Assembly: GCA_000708835.1 (NCBI GenBank)
Contig: DF236999.1
Location: 212,627-276,626, forward strand
Length of the DNA: 64,000 bases
Origin: Klebsormidium nitens
Taxonomy: Eukaryota; Plantae; Klebsormidiophyceae
Direction: 5' to 3'
Shown here: in pieces, positions 14,616 to 26,999 of the stretch
Numbering within the stretch: position 1 is the first letter of the stretch
Layout: every line of letters begins with the position of its first letter
The notes under the pieces: generated by a model
Told to the model about the DNA's origin: nothing
Database searches by the model: none
The model's input: only the letters and a program-made list of their open reading frames with translations
Position numbers and translations under genes: made by a program

Positions 14616-16492
14616 TTACAGCAACTGTACGGCGGCAATTCCTGGAATCTTTTCCCTAAGCTTCTGCGTAACCGCCACCCTTACGGTCATCACATTCGCT
14701 GCGGGCCCATCAATTTGAACTTTCACAACAGGCCCGTCAATCTTAACAAGGGTCAGCTCGCCGCCACCCGTCCCCACCAGATAAGGCCGAATCTCGGACA
14801 AGACCTGCACACCAGGATACACCAGCTTTTACAACAGCTTCAAAGTAGAACATCAAGAAAGGATAGTAAGTCGCATTGCAACAGGGGGGGTGCTGAGCAT
14901 AAGACCGGAAGAACGTTTCAATCGCTCCCGCCAGACTCAGGGCCGTGGAGGGCAATAAAAAAAAACAGTCTTGAAAACGGAACTTTCTGCAAAGCCCCCT
15001 TGCCAAAAGATGGGTCTCACAATCCGCAGCCTTTTTCTGCAAAGCCCCCTTGCCAAAAGATGGGTCTCACGATCCGCAGGCTTGTTGATGCTGCCTGATG
15101 ACAAGGCCTGCTCAAACGGTACAATCTGCCACAAAGTAGGCACGCTGTCACCCTCACATTCTCCACGTTCTCGTCCGTCAGCGGCAGCCCCGTTTCCTCG
15201 TCCAAAACTTGCTCCACCGCCTGGATTTCCGGAATCTTCTCCATGAGCCGCCGCTCAATCCCCATCTTCATGGTCATGGTGGAACTGGGGCAGGAGCCGC
15301 AAGCCCCCTGAAGCCGCAGCCTTACGGTCAACCCGTCGATCTCCACTAGCTCAACGTTCCCTCCATCGGCCATGAGATACGGCCGAATCTCGTCCATTAC
15401 TTTCTCCACATTTTCTTCGGTCAGCGGGACACCTTCGACATCCATGACAACCTGAGCCCTACCTGCACCAAGCATATGCCAGGATGGTTGCCAGAGACCG
15501 TCTGACGCAAGCAAGAAAGGTGAAACTAAACTAAGTTCCTGTTGAGGTTTCCAAAGCATGCAGCGATTAAGATAGCAGTGTCAGATTCTCAAGTCTAAGC
15601 AAGTCTGCAGAAATGGCCCGATCTTTCAAACTCAGGCAAAATTTGAATAACCGCTGTCCGGGGTGAGAGAAAATGTGGGAGCTTCCCGCAGTCTTTCTAG
15701 CAAGCATTTTCCACCCACCAAGGAGAGGGCTGCAATGCCCCAACACTGCAGGATCATGATCTATGACAAAGAACTTTCAACAACCCTGGCATTAAGAAAT
15801 CTCCAACGAATCCTGGCATCAACAGAGACCCACCTTGTTGAGCGGCTCCCCTGATGCCTTTTCTAACAGATGCGACTCCTGGGCTCCGCATCCTCGTGCC
15901 TGCGAAACTGCTCATCCGGGCACCAATCGACGGTGTTGGGTGCCTTGAAATTTTGAACCCCTGCGCCTGCAATCAGTCCCGACGATTGTGAAAAAAATTT
16001 CAGCTTTTGAGCGACCTTGAGGAGTAGAACCCTAAGTAAGAATTCCGAACCGCTGGTCCCTCATGCAGCCCTGCCACTTCGACTTCCGGCACATAGTGGG
16101 ACAGATTGCGGAAGGGTGTCTCTCCAAAGGCGACAATCCACGCAGCTTGAGAACCACCCCAGCGATGCTACTGAACCTGGTTCGACTGCGTTTCATGCAA
16201 ACCATCTTTGGGAAGCATTTGGAAGGACTTTACTTCACTTCTTGTTTGAATGCTGCTAGCCCTGACCACCGGCAATGTTGTTCTGCAATCAGAATCAAAT
16301 ATCTCTTTTGATAGGGCATGAACATACCTTATCCATGCGATGCCTAGAACCCCCATAGTGAACTGCACTAAAACTTGGGGTCTGACCGCTCGCTTCTGCT
16401 CCACAGCTGCAGTTCCTCCCAGAGTCTCCCAGGACAGCTCCAGATAGGCTCGCTCTTGAGGCCAAGGACTGTAAGCCTATTGCCCCCGACAT
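14616..16492 (-). CDS. Plastid NifU-like Fe-S carrier, NFU2/3-like, two NFU repeats (263 aa)
   Basis: Exons 16492-16328 and 15966-15834 (S/R/G-rich transit peptide), 15462-15158 and 14804-14616. First domain has [19 protein letters not shown] and [11 protein letters not shown] (CXXC). The second, degenerate domain [20 protein letters not shown] lacks CXXC. Confidence 0.95.
14984..15083. repeat. 50-bp tandem duplication (2 copies, 2 mismatches) in NFU intron 3
   Basis: tttctgcaaagcccccttgccaaaagatgggtctcac(a/g)atccgcag(c/g)ctt repeated at 14984 and 15034. Confidence 0.9.
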
Positions 16493-16808
16493 CGCTTTAA
16501 AAAAGTTCTGTTGCTGTGGCAATACAGAGAGTGTGTAGATGTGTGCGATTCGCCGTTTCCTCAACCACTTGCCACACACGTCGTAGTGGAAGTCAACAAC
16601 CGTTTTGTTGAAAACTGCCACGAGAAAAAAGTGCAGCAATGAAAGTTTAACCTGGCGTTCACAAAAGAGCGCTCCGTTCAGACGGCCCCAGGTAGCAGAT
16701 TCTTCCAGATGATGCTCCACGAAGACAAGGCGCTTCTTGACCTCCCCAAGGTCCAGACAGCAACTGAGTAAGATCTGGGCCTTGGCAGAGAGATCTGAGC
16801 TGAAGCTT

Positions 16809-17182
16809 NNNNNNNNNNNNNNNNNNNNNNNNNNNNNNNNNNNNNNNNNNNNNNNNNNNNNNNNNNNNNNNNNNNNNNNNNNNNNNNNNNNNNNNNNNNN
16901 NNNNNNNNNNNNNNNNNNNNNNNNNNNNNNNNNNNNNNNNNNNNNNNNNNNNNNNNNNNNNNNNNNNNNNNNNNNNNNNNNNNNNNNNNNNNNNNNNNNN
17001 NNNNNNNNNNNNNNNNNNNNNNNNNNNNNNNNNNNNNNNNNNNNNNNNNNNNNNNNNNNNNNNNNNNNNNNNNNNNNNNNNNNNNNNNNNNNNNNNNNNN
17101 NNNNNNNNNNNNNNNNNNNNNNNNNNNNNNNNNNNNNNNNNNNNNNNNNNNNNNNNNNNNNNNNNNNNNNNNNNNNNNNNNN
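16809..17182. other. Assembly gap (N run)
   Basis: Run of N between the divergent NFU and membrane-protein genes. Confidence 0.99.
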
Positions 17183-17492
17183 AAACTGCGACAGGCCGGT
17201 TTAAGAATCGGGTTGCAGAGGTACGTTCCTTGGTTCCTGGTGGATCATGCTGGACCCAAGTTTCCAAATGTTGGTTAACGCTGCATAACGTCGAGGCTAA
17301 CCCACCTCGCTTCGGACTCGATTCCTTCTCGACCAAATTAGGGTTCGCACTGTGTGATCCAAGCCTTCAACTTCAAGTTTCTATTACTAAAAGCATGAGT
17401 CTGACATCGACATTGACAATGTGCAGAGCTGCATGAGCACCAGATTCGCTCATGCAAGCAGGTTTATAAGAACGGGTGCAATCAGGGACGCT

Positions 17493-19331
17493 ATGGCACT
17501 CCTTTCTGGGTTTGATGGGCTATGCCCTCGTCACAAGGAGATGGCTTTTTGTCTATACGGACAGCTGGCAGGGCTGGCCGTCTGCCTTTTGCTTCTCTCA
17601 ATGGTTACCAGGTCTGGTGAGTCACTTTCTCGCCCAGTCTCGACACCAGTAGGATGGGCGTTTGAATGAGGCAATATGCCTTTCTTCAAGCAAGTGTTCA
17701 TCGAATGAATGTTGGCTGAGCGCTGCTGCACATGTGTTGCATAAATCCAGTCATCACAGGAACTCAAAAATGGTTGGAAGTGTTCAAATTGCTTTCTTAG
17801 ATTGCTTGCCATGCTTATAACAACGTTTCGCGGGGTGGTAGTGTGACATTGTTTCTAGGCAAGGCGTCGTCTAGCTCACGGTATATGCTCAGTACAGTGT
17901 CGCTCGTGGAGACCAATACTGTGCCCCAACCAAGCTGAGTATCCATGGTTCTGCTATGGTTGTGCAGAAGCGCAACCGGACCGGGACGTTTATCTCCGCA
18001 ATATGACAATCTTCCAAACGCACGAGTGGTTCGGCGCACCCCGCGTCTACTTCCACTGCACCGATAATGAAACAAAGGTCTATCTACCTGACGTCACGTC
18101 GCCGGGGCAGCAGTACACTTTCAGTAGCTATGAGTCCTGGCAACCGCTCACCACGCTGCCGGCTCTGAAGTGCAAAAGGTGCGGCTTTTATGAGGCTGAC
18201 ACAATCAAGAGCGATGACGTCTTTGGCGAGTGGGAGCTGTGCCCCCTGGACTTTTCAGCGAACGGATCTTTGAGCAAGTTAGTGGAGGGGGAGTTTGTGG
18301 CCAGCTTCTACTGCAAAGACTGTGCAGCGCCGTCGGAGCCAGAGACTCCAGCCGGCGGGTCCCCTTCAGGCGTGGGCGTACAAGGGAGTCCTCCAAACTC
18401 AGGTGAGCAGGACAAGGGGGCATGCACCACCCCAGCGTCGGGTTCAGATTCTTCACTTCGCGCTCTTATTTCTATCTTCAAAACACACAAATAGGCGCGT
18501 CGTATCAGCTGGTAGGAAAAGGGTGCAGGTTTGAAGGAAATGGTGGAAACGACATTGATTGTGGATTGGGCAGGGGAAAGGGATCCCCCTGACATCCAGA
18601 ATTTGAAAAACTGCTTATGCCCCTGCAATCCGTCGTTAACTTCAGGCAAAGATGCCCTGTCATCACTTCTCTCACTGGTTTGTCTGAATTCCTCATTGGT
18701 GTAGTTGTGCAAAGATGTCAATTGATAAATTTCTGGTCCGCACAAGCTTTGCGCCAGCCTCCAGACTTCCCCTCCCTTCATTCACCCCACCTCACGCATT
18801 TGCAAAATTACCGTCCTGGTGTGCAGAGGGGTCTCATCAGTTTTTAGAGATTAGTTCAACGGGCGTGCTTGTATAGGCACACACTTTTTACCGCCTGCGT
18901 CTGAGCATTTCGAAACTTCAATAACCATCGCGTTTGGAACAGTGTTCAAGAGTTCGAATTAGCAGCCGTGTACTCCTTGGTCGATGATGCTGGAGTGCGT
19001 GTCACCCAGATCTGATCGAACTGACATGGCCTACCGTACCTTTGCTGCAGGAACAGCAGCCCCCTTCGAGAGCTCTACAGGAATGGCAACATCAGCAGAG
19101 CCTCCCGTGGCCCCATCTCGTACAGAGGGAAGGTCGAAAGGTCTGGGCGCCGGGCTGATTGTGCTTATTGTTTTTCTGAGCTTGCTGGGGGCGGTTGGAG
19201 CTGGGGTGGGGCTGATTTCCTTTCACAAGTTTCTGCGGAGGAAACGAAGAAACGATCATGCCCGCGCTTTCGATCTGCTGTTCGACAGTGGGGATGAGCT
19301 GGAAGAGGAAATGGAAAGAGGACGACTATGA
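17493..19331 (+). CDS. Cys-rich type-I membrane protein of an uncharacterised plant family, paralog 1 (279 aa)
   Basis: Exons 17493-17616 (signal peptide), 17968-18402 and 19051-19331, both introns phase 1. Ectodomain TIFQTHEWFGAPRVYFHC...ESWQPLT...KCKRCGFYEADTIKSDDVFGEWELCPLDF...EFVASFYCKDC, a P/S/T linker, a TM, and tail RRKRRNDHARAFDLLFDSGDELEEE. It resembles a conserved land-plant unknown protein that I recall as At3g53490-like. Confidence 0.85.
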
Positions 19332-19354
19332 GATGGAAAGAGGACGACTATGAG
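19311..19354. repeat. 22-bp tandem duplication spanning the stop codon
   Basis: atggaaagaggacgactatgag occurs twice in tandem (19311-19332 and 19333-19354). Confidence 0.9.
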
Positions 19355-20704
19355 AGACTGCATGGAATTTGAAATGAGCCAACCAATTTTGCAATGAGTG
19401 ACCATGCGCCTTTACCTGCGGTTGTAGCGAGAGTTGACAACCTGGGGCTTTGAGACTCACGAGTCCCGTAGCCCCTCCTCTTCTTGACAGAGGGCTCAAC
19501 GGGGAGATGTCAGTGTTGCATGCACTCGAGCAACTCGGTTTTCTTTTATGCTAGTGAGCGAAGTGCAAAGTTTGGTGGAGTCCTCGCAAATCTGGTGAGC
19601 TCTCCGAAGGTTTTCACTACCTTGTCAACTTCGTGACTAGGTACATGTTTGCGATCTTAGCTATACAAGTGGGATGCACCTAGACGTCTTACGTCACTAC
19701 AGGCCGCGACGCTGCGGCGCCCTTCCATTTTGGTGGAACGAGTGATGCCAATGTTCAACGGCGATCACATGGCATGAGTGCACTCCGATGGCTTCTAGGT
19801 TTTGCACTGATGGATATATCTCGATTGCATCAACAAAATATATGGAATGCCTCGAATGCAAATCAATCCGGTCATGGTTGTGTAGCTCGACGTGTAGGCC
19901 GGTACGTACACATGTTGCATATCGGTTGCACTGCCATATATATACGCAACCAATGCACACCGGTGCATGCAGCCATGCGCGACCATCAGCTTGGTCAATT
20001 AACCTATATAGTTGTATCTATGTATTGCCCAACTTGGCATGCACACAATCTCTGCGAATGCAGTCATAGAATTCTAGCAACGTACTATATTATTGGGATT
20101 CATTACGCTAACAAACATTGTGTACAAACAAGCGCAAATTCAGCTGCAAGGCTTTGCATCTTGCGTGCCTAAGCTTGAATTGATGCCTGTAATTTAGAGC
20201 ATGTCGGGTATCTTGCAGATCTTGCTCTCGTGAAACTTGAGGCCTGGATCGTCCTGTCAAGTTATCTTGCGACCCATCATCCATTGTAACTGTAACTGGG
20301 CCAATGACGATTATCTAAGATCAAGCTCCAACTTACGTTCAAGCACTCCACAATGATTTGCAACTAGTTCCGCTTGCGTGATGCAGCACAACTATCACAC
20401 AGCCATCATGATACCAACAGCAATCCAAAATGCGAGGATACTGAGAACAACATACAAAAAGTTGCACGTACGAAAATCACTCTTAACACTAACACCGCTG
20501 CCCCGCTTGGTTCAATCGCCAAGGGTGGTCATAAGAGGGTAATGTTGCGAGATTACTGCTGTCTATGCGCATGCAGAACTTTTGCAGAATCGAGCATCAT
20601 TACAAGTGGTCAGACTCTGAGGGTGCCTGCCAGGAAGATGAATGCTTTGCCTATGATTGAACCCAAATGATCGGACATACTTGAAACTATTGTTAGATGG
20701 ACTC

Positions 20705-21352
20705 TTACAAGGGTCCGACCATGTGCACAACTCTAGAAGCATTAACGAGCTTGTCAAAGTACACCGGCAACGTGATCTCTTGCATACTTTCCTGAAGTCG
20801 GGATCTGCATTGAGCAATGCTTACTTTGTCACCGTCAAGATAATTGGTAGCTGCAGGCACAGACGCTGAGTCACACCTTGCTGTCGGATTCAGGTCCACA
20901 ACTCGGATCAGGACGCGAGATACGGACATGCCCACAAGGAACCCAAGAACACAAAACTCTTGCTGGACACGCACCTTTCTCTCCGACTGGAGCTCTGGTT
21001 GCAAGCTGCCCCATTGGTGTCAAGCTCAACTCCAACAGATTGGTCGGCATAGCGGCCAAGCGAGTCAACCTCATATGGCATGGGGCGCCTGAACGATATA
21101 AGACATAGGATGTGGACAGCTGCGCAACTCTAAGAATGTAGCAGAAGCTTGTGCCTACTTTCTTGCTACTGATGCGGGAAGCGGTGGTGGTGCGGGATGT
21201 GTCAACTCTGGCGCTGCTGCGTCCACATCCTGAGCGGGCCACCTAAAGTCCCCTGAGCGGGACAGCCGGACAGCGAAAGTGATCACTGGAATCACCAAGC
21301 ACACTCCCATCATCATCCGCATGCCTTCTGGGGTCCACCGAATAACCGCCAT
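20705..21352 (-). CDS. Hypothetical small protein with N-terminal hydrophobic segment (about 135 aa)
   Basis: Exons 21352-21159, 21088-20975 and 20804-20705 join through two phase-2 GT-AG introns without stops: MAVIRWTPEGMRMMMGVCLVIPVITFAVRLSRSGDFRWPAQ...RPMPYEVDSLGRYAD...RSRLQESMQEITLPVYFDKLVNASRVVHMVGPL*. No homology recognised. Confidence 0.45.
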
Positions 21353-21674
21353 TCGGAAAGCTTTCTTGTAATCCCAGCATGCAAGTATTGTTCCAGCCCT
21401 CACGCTATGAATCCGATCTAAACAAACGAACGCTGAGCGCAGTACACCCCAAGGAACCCGTCTCGCCTACGCTCAGCTTCAATGGCCAACTACAATTTGC
21501 GTGGACAAAGTTGGCGGCTCACGACACCTTGCAATCTGCCATAGGAATACGTCTGCATGGGGGCGCTACATTCAGAATCCTCAGCTGTCGAGTCTTGCCA
21601 GGACTCCTGAAGTTCGTTAAAGTTCGAACTGTGAAGTTGAATCAAGGGAATTGTGCTTCTTTTTGCAGAGTTGC

Positions 21675-21682
21675 AAACCCTA
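21675..21682 (+). promoter_or_regulatory. Telo-box-like motif AAACCCTA in a divergent intergenic region
   Basis: Exact AAACCCTA between the start codons of the small gene (21352) and calpain (22057). An 8-mer, so it could be chance. Confidence 0.25.
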
Positions 21683-22056
21683 AAACGCTATTAAACCTGA
21701 TTAAACCCACAGAATCTGGAATTCGGCGCGCTCGGATTCTGGAATCTCTGCCGCTGCAATCTACCATTAATGGCGCAAGGGCGGCCTGAGTCAGAAGGTG
21801 GAGCCATGGCCATGGCCACCTTGGCGAAAGCAGCTTCGTCTTCCACAACTCGAGACCCTTCTTGCTCATTCCTGAGGACCATGTCTGCCCAATTCTCGAG
21901 TGATCAACAGCACATAGTTTGTTTGGATACAATCTCGCTCAACTCATGCTTCACATTAGTTATGGCGGGTCTCATTTAGCATACTATCTAAGTGCCGAAC
22001 GGGTGAGCGTTAAAGCGCCACCACCACTCAAAAGATACTTCTTTGGAATAGGGAGG

Positions 22057-25000
22057 ATGGGCCGCAGCAAGCAACCAGAGGATCATGTGGAGAGTGAGTG
22101 ACTTGCATCGATTGCTGGTCTTCGCTTTGTCTTTACTGAAATTGCAAAAATGCTCCCTCTCTCGCTATGGATATTCTGACGTTAGTGCGATCCTTTAGTG
22201 GTGCACGTTGTGTTTCACTTAGGGCAGATTAACGCGGTACATTGAGTCAAATGCCTGTCACCTGCAAGGACCTCTTTCCGCGTACCTCCTTCCTGTCACA
22301 ACTTACATTCGTTGGCTGCAGGTGAAGACGAGGACGGGGAAGATCTAGGGCCATGGACCCGCGTGGAGTCTCTCAAGCCAGCTGGCGACATCTGGGTGGA
22401 TCCTGAGGCTCCAACCGCCCAGCCGTCGTGGGAGGTTCCTCATGGGGAGACAGGGGAGAGTGCAGAAGACAAGGACGCCAGCAGCACAGAGCTGTATGCA
22501 GCGGGGGAAGTATGGGAGGAGCTCATTGTGTACAAAAAGTCGATCATCAAGCCGTCCGACATCAATCAGGTGAGAGGGGTGCAGCGAGGGGGCGACAATT
22601 CTGTGGATTTAGTGGTAATCTGCGCTGAAGCAGCAGAATGACAGTGACTCTGATTCCACCTCTCCGTGGCCACCTCAGACTCATAAAGTTGAACAGATGT
22701 CCTAGATAGACTGGAAAGGGAGGTGCAGATTCATTTGCCGCTTGCTAAGAAGCAACCACCACCACAGCGATCAACTAAGCTTGGGCTAGCAGGCAGCTCC
22801 GGAGAAGCCAGAGGAACTGATGTTTCTTTGTGCCCGCAGGGAGGGCTGGGCGACTGCTGGTTCCTCTCCGCCATAGCTGCACTCTCAGAGGAACCGAAGC
22901 GAGTCCGGTCCTTGTTTTTGAACAACATGGCACATGATGATGGGGGCCTCCGCATCAAGTTCTACAAAAGTGGCAGGTAATTCGCCGATAGTTCCTGCCC
23001 TGTCCAAATCTGCAAAACGCCATAGGACAGGGGCTCTCATTTCGACAAAGAATCATAAACGGTGTCGCTGAAGGACTTTGGCGTTGCAACGACCCACAGA
23101 GGTTCAAGTTCTTTGCAGCGCCAGATTGCCCAGTGGCAAATTCCGTATGCTGGTCAGAGCGCGAGGCTGGACTGTATTTGTCTGCAACCATAGCAGTGTT
23201 TGTGCAACGCACTGTCTTGAAAGTGGCTGATGCACTGAAACAATGAAGATTATTCACTCCTCGTGATTACTTAATCCTCTTGTCGAGCAGAGAGGTGGTG
23301 GTATCCGTGGATGATCAGTTGTACTTCAACGAAGAGGATGATTTGTTCTACGGTGAGCCCCAAACAGCCCCGTCAACCAAACCTATGGCCAGGAGCTCCA
23401 TTTTTTGTTACGCTTTGCTCTCGCTGTGAGCAGTTGTCTCTGAGGTCGAGCTGATTTCCTCTCTGCGCAGGCTAGAACCTAACGCCCAGCACACTTGCTG
23501 TCACTTTGATCCCTGCACTCTTGCTCCAAACCCCAGCTGTTCTCAGATTTGACTCGAGTTTTGCAGCGTCCATCAAGGGGAACGAGATGTGGGTGCCGCT
23601 TCTAGAAAAGGCGTATGCCAAGCTGCACGGCAGCTACGCCGCGCTGTCGGGGGGCTGGCCAGAGGAGGCCATGGAGGATCTCACGGGCTGCCCCGGAAAG
23701 TGCTACGAGATCGCAGATTTTGAAGGAGGTGAGATCACCTCTCATCAAGTTGTTCGATCTGAACTCTCATCAAGTTGGAAGGCTTGTGGGGAAGGGAGCG
23801 GAGACCTTTGGTGCGAGCGATAGTTTGACTCTCTGCTTCCTGACTTCGTTGGGCGTTTCCACCATTGGGTGTGACCTAGCGGCTGTAAAGCTCTCGACTG
23901 CTTCTTGCTTTTAGGGAGTCCGCTCTTGATCGTAGGACCCTGGATGCGGCCGTCACTCTGGACCTGCCCGGTGGCTTGAATCTTCTGATACGAAGCACAG
24001 GGTCGCCCTCTGTATCTTCCCCAACTGTTAGCCCGCACTTGAAAATCAAACCCTTCGACAAACACCCGAAGGCTGGTGGCGATCAGAAACGCACTCTTGG
24101 ATCTGCTTCTGGCCCCTACTTGGTATACGCTCGTACTTTGCGTGCTTCCGTATGAGCGATATCGCGCCTGCTGACGAGACCACGTGTCCATTCGTGTCAG
24201 ATTTGTGGGCGTCCATTCTGTCGTGGCACGCCGAGGGCTACCTGCTGTGCTGTAGCACGGGGACCGTCAAGAAGAAGAAGGCCAAGGGCATTGTCGACAT
24301 GCACGCATACACCATGCTCACAGTGAGTGCTCCGACTCCTCTCGCCTCCTCGTGGCACATCTTCTGACTCAAGTGTCGTCACCCCTTTCGATGTAAGACC
24401 GTGTACTGTCTGAGGAACGCGCTACGACGACCTTTTGGCAGAGCCGGCACGCAGTAAGGCGCACGACTTGCCTCAGTCCGGACAGCAGTGCGCCTGCCAG
24501 GGGATACAAGAAGAAGCAGTCTTCGGCGGCGGGAGCGAACTTCTGGTCAGAGCGGTCTCTGGTCCTATCTGAAGAGGCGTAAATGGGGAGCCTTTGTCGA
24601 TGTCCTGAGCCGTTAATGAGGAGTTATCGTGCTGTCGTCAAGGTGGAGGCCAGAGCCAGGCAAACTCAAAGAGCTCTCTAAACCCAGCAGGTCAGCCTCC
24701 GTAGCTTTTTATCGAGAGTCGGCAGATAGTACTTAAAAGTGTCCGTTCCGAAAAGAGGAGTCGACCGTGACACAGATTCGTCCGCTGAAAACTCTTCGAT
24801 AGTGCCGTCGGAGCTCTCTGACCTCATCATATTTAAAGCTCGAAGCCTCGGCTTTGGCAAGCGTCAGCGTCTTGAAGCATCGCAACCGCACATCTCATCA
24901 CCTCAATATCCGCTTCAAGAGACGCAAGCGTGCTTGCCTTGCCTACAAACCCAACCGCTTTGGCTCGGTACAGGCGCAGGAGGCCCACGGGTTCAAGCTG

Positions 25001-26999
25001 GTACACATCCGCAACCCGTGGGGCGAGGGCGAGTGGAAAGGCGCATGGTCCGACAACAGCCCGCTGTGGGAGCAGTACCCGGACATCAAGCGCGAGCTGT
25101 ACGACGTAAATGCGGACGACGGCGTTTTCTGGATGGCGTTCGAGGACTTTGTCAAGGTGAGCGGAGCGAAGACGAGACGCAGGGGACTGAAGGCGCGGAT
25201 TTATTTGAGTTGGTTGGAGAGGTTGGGCCACTCTCTGAGGAAGATGCAGAGGGTTTCTATGATAAGGGATTTAATGTCGGTGAACGGTGAACTTTACAGA
25301 GTTTCGAAAATCAGAAGTGGGATAGAAGTCGGAAACAGTGGACCCGTTCTCTTGAGCCCGAAGGGAAGGAGCGCTGAAACGTCTGCGATTCGATGGACAC
25401 GCATCGATCCGGATGGATGGGACGATCGACGGGAACCCTCCGGAAGAAGCTAGAGGCTGGCGGTGGAAAGAAGGCAAATGGTCGCACGAGAGTCAGGGGC
25501 ACAAAATTCCGGAAAGCGGCCTGGCTCGTTTGCAGACTGGCAGGAGGGCAGCTTCGTCGGAACCCGCTGAGCGCACCGATTGTCCCCCTTTAGTTGCAGG
25601 CTCGAATGGGAGCATCCTAGGGAAGTTTCACATGCAAAAATTCCAGGAGAATCTTTGCGTCAGCTTCGATCGGAGAACCCCCTACGGCTCATCGACACCT
25701 CCAATTCTTGCACCGGGTAAACTTCTGATAGACGCGTCCTCCTTGCTTAGACCCGTCCTCCTCATATAGACCCCTCTTGGCACATATTTTGAGTCGGCAG
25801 TCACAACTACCACGTTCGGCGTTCTGACCGAGCTTCGCCCGTGCAGGTGTATGAGACGGTGCACGTGGGCTTCGTGACGGAGACTGCGCGCGGCCGGCTC
25901 CCCGCGGCCTTCGACGAGGACACCGAGACGCTGAGCTTCTCCTTGACGGTGACGGACGCAGACACAGTCTTCGTGCAGGCGCACCAAGAAGACCCCCGCA
26001 TGTGAGCTCTCTCAATCAGCTGCCCGCTTTGGAATAACGTCGTGCCACGTGGCTTTCCGGCGACATTTGATACGTCGCGCCTTTCCGCGAATGAGACGTC
26101 GGTCTCTTCTGTGGCGGCCAGATATTAGGGTACCCTTCGCCAAGGGGAACTAGCTCCTCCACGCCTTGTTTTGGATAATCATAGGGTCCGTTTGACGACG
26201 GTAGGCTTGCGCTCGTGATACGGACAGCCAACTTACTTTGCACGATCCCCTTGGTCCGTACCTTCATCAGCACTTTGCGAGTTTGGCCTCGAACGTTCAT
26301 TTGTCGGGTCTGGCCGTGACGTCTTCCAATCAAAGGAGCGTGTTTGGAGCCGCTTCAAACATTCTGTCCGGCAAATGCTGCTCATTTACCTGCTTGCCAA
26401 CTCGCGTGCTGTTGCGCGTGCAGGGAAGGCAGCCGCGAGGACATGCTGGCGCTGCGGGTGACGATTGAGGACGCCGCAGAGGAAGAAGTCTTCACGTGAG
26501 CGTTTCCGTCCATCTGAGCAACATACTTTCAGTCTAGTTGTCACGTACTGGGTTGCCGAACTCTTTGGCACGGTGCAAGGTGTCGCTGTTCTAGGGACTC
26601 TCGACATTCATCTTACGCAAAGCACAAGATTACGACAGGAGCGATTGTCGGGGGATTTCTGCCGCCCGTTGGCGTGTCCTTCGCCGCCCAATCTCCTGCT
26701 CCGCTGCCGTCGCCCCTTCGCCTTCTCAGATAGACGTAGTTCCAACTATGAGGCGCTCTTACACTTCCACTGAGACGTTTTCTGTTGCTTTCAGCAACGA
26801 GAGCGAGGCAGGTGACCGGTCCGTATTGGTGATCGCCACCGACTTGCAACCGGGGGAGTACACCGTGTACGTGGAGGCCGTGGATGGGTGCCCGGAGGAC
26901 GACCGCCGGTTTGTGTTGACCGCTCACTCGAGCGAAAAGGGGGTCAAGATAGATGGGCCGTTTGAGAACGAGGATGAGGAAGACGAAGAAGAGGATTAG
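22057..26999 (+). CDS. Soluble calpain-family cysteine protease (CysPc plus CBSW/domain III-like C-terminus; not DEK1) (460 aa)
   Basis: Ten exons (22057-22093, 22322-22569, 22840-22976, 23291-23352, 23567-23728, 24201-24322, 24974-25156, 25847-26001, 26424-26495, 26795-26999) are phase-consistent. Triad: DINQ|[11 protein letters not shown] (Cys), HAYT (His), [16 protein letters not shown] (Asn). Also [16 protein letters not shown] and [12 protein letters not shown], with an acidic tail. Confidence 0.92.

Noticed and set aside
16659-17336. ORFs spanning the first N run (likewise 55301-56208)
   Set aside because: Artifacts of translating assembly gaps.
22057-22074. MG start of the calpain as an N-myristoylation site
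   Set aside because: MGRSKQ lacks the usual Ser/Thr at position 6, so support is too weak.
26730-26794. Apparent frameshift or pseudogenisation at the calpain last exon
   Set aside because: Resolved by the acceptor ttgctttcag| at 26794, which matches the phase-2 donor at 26495.
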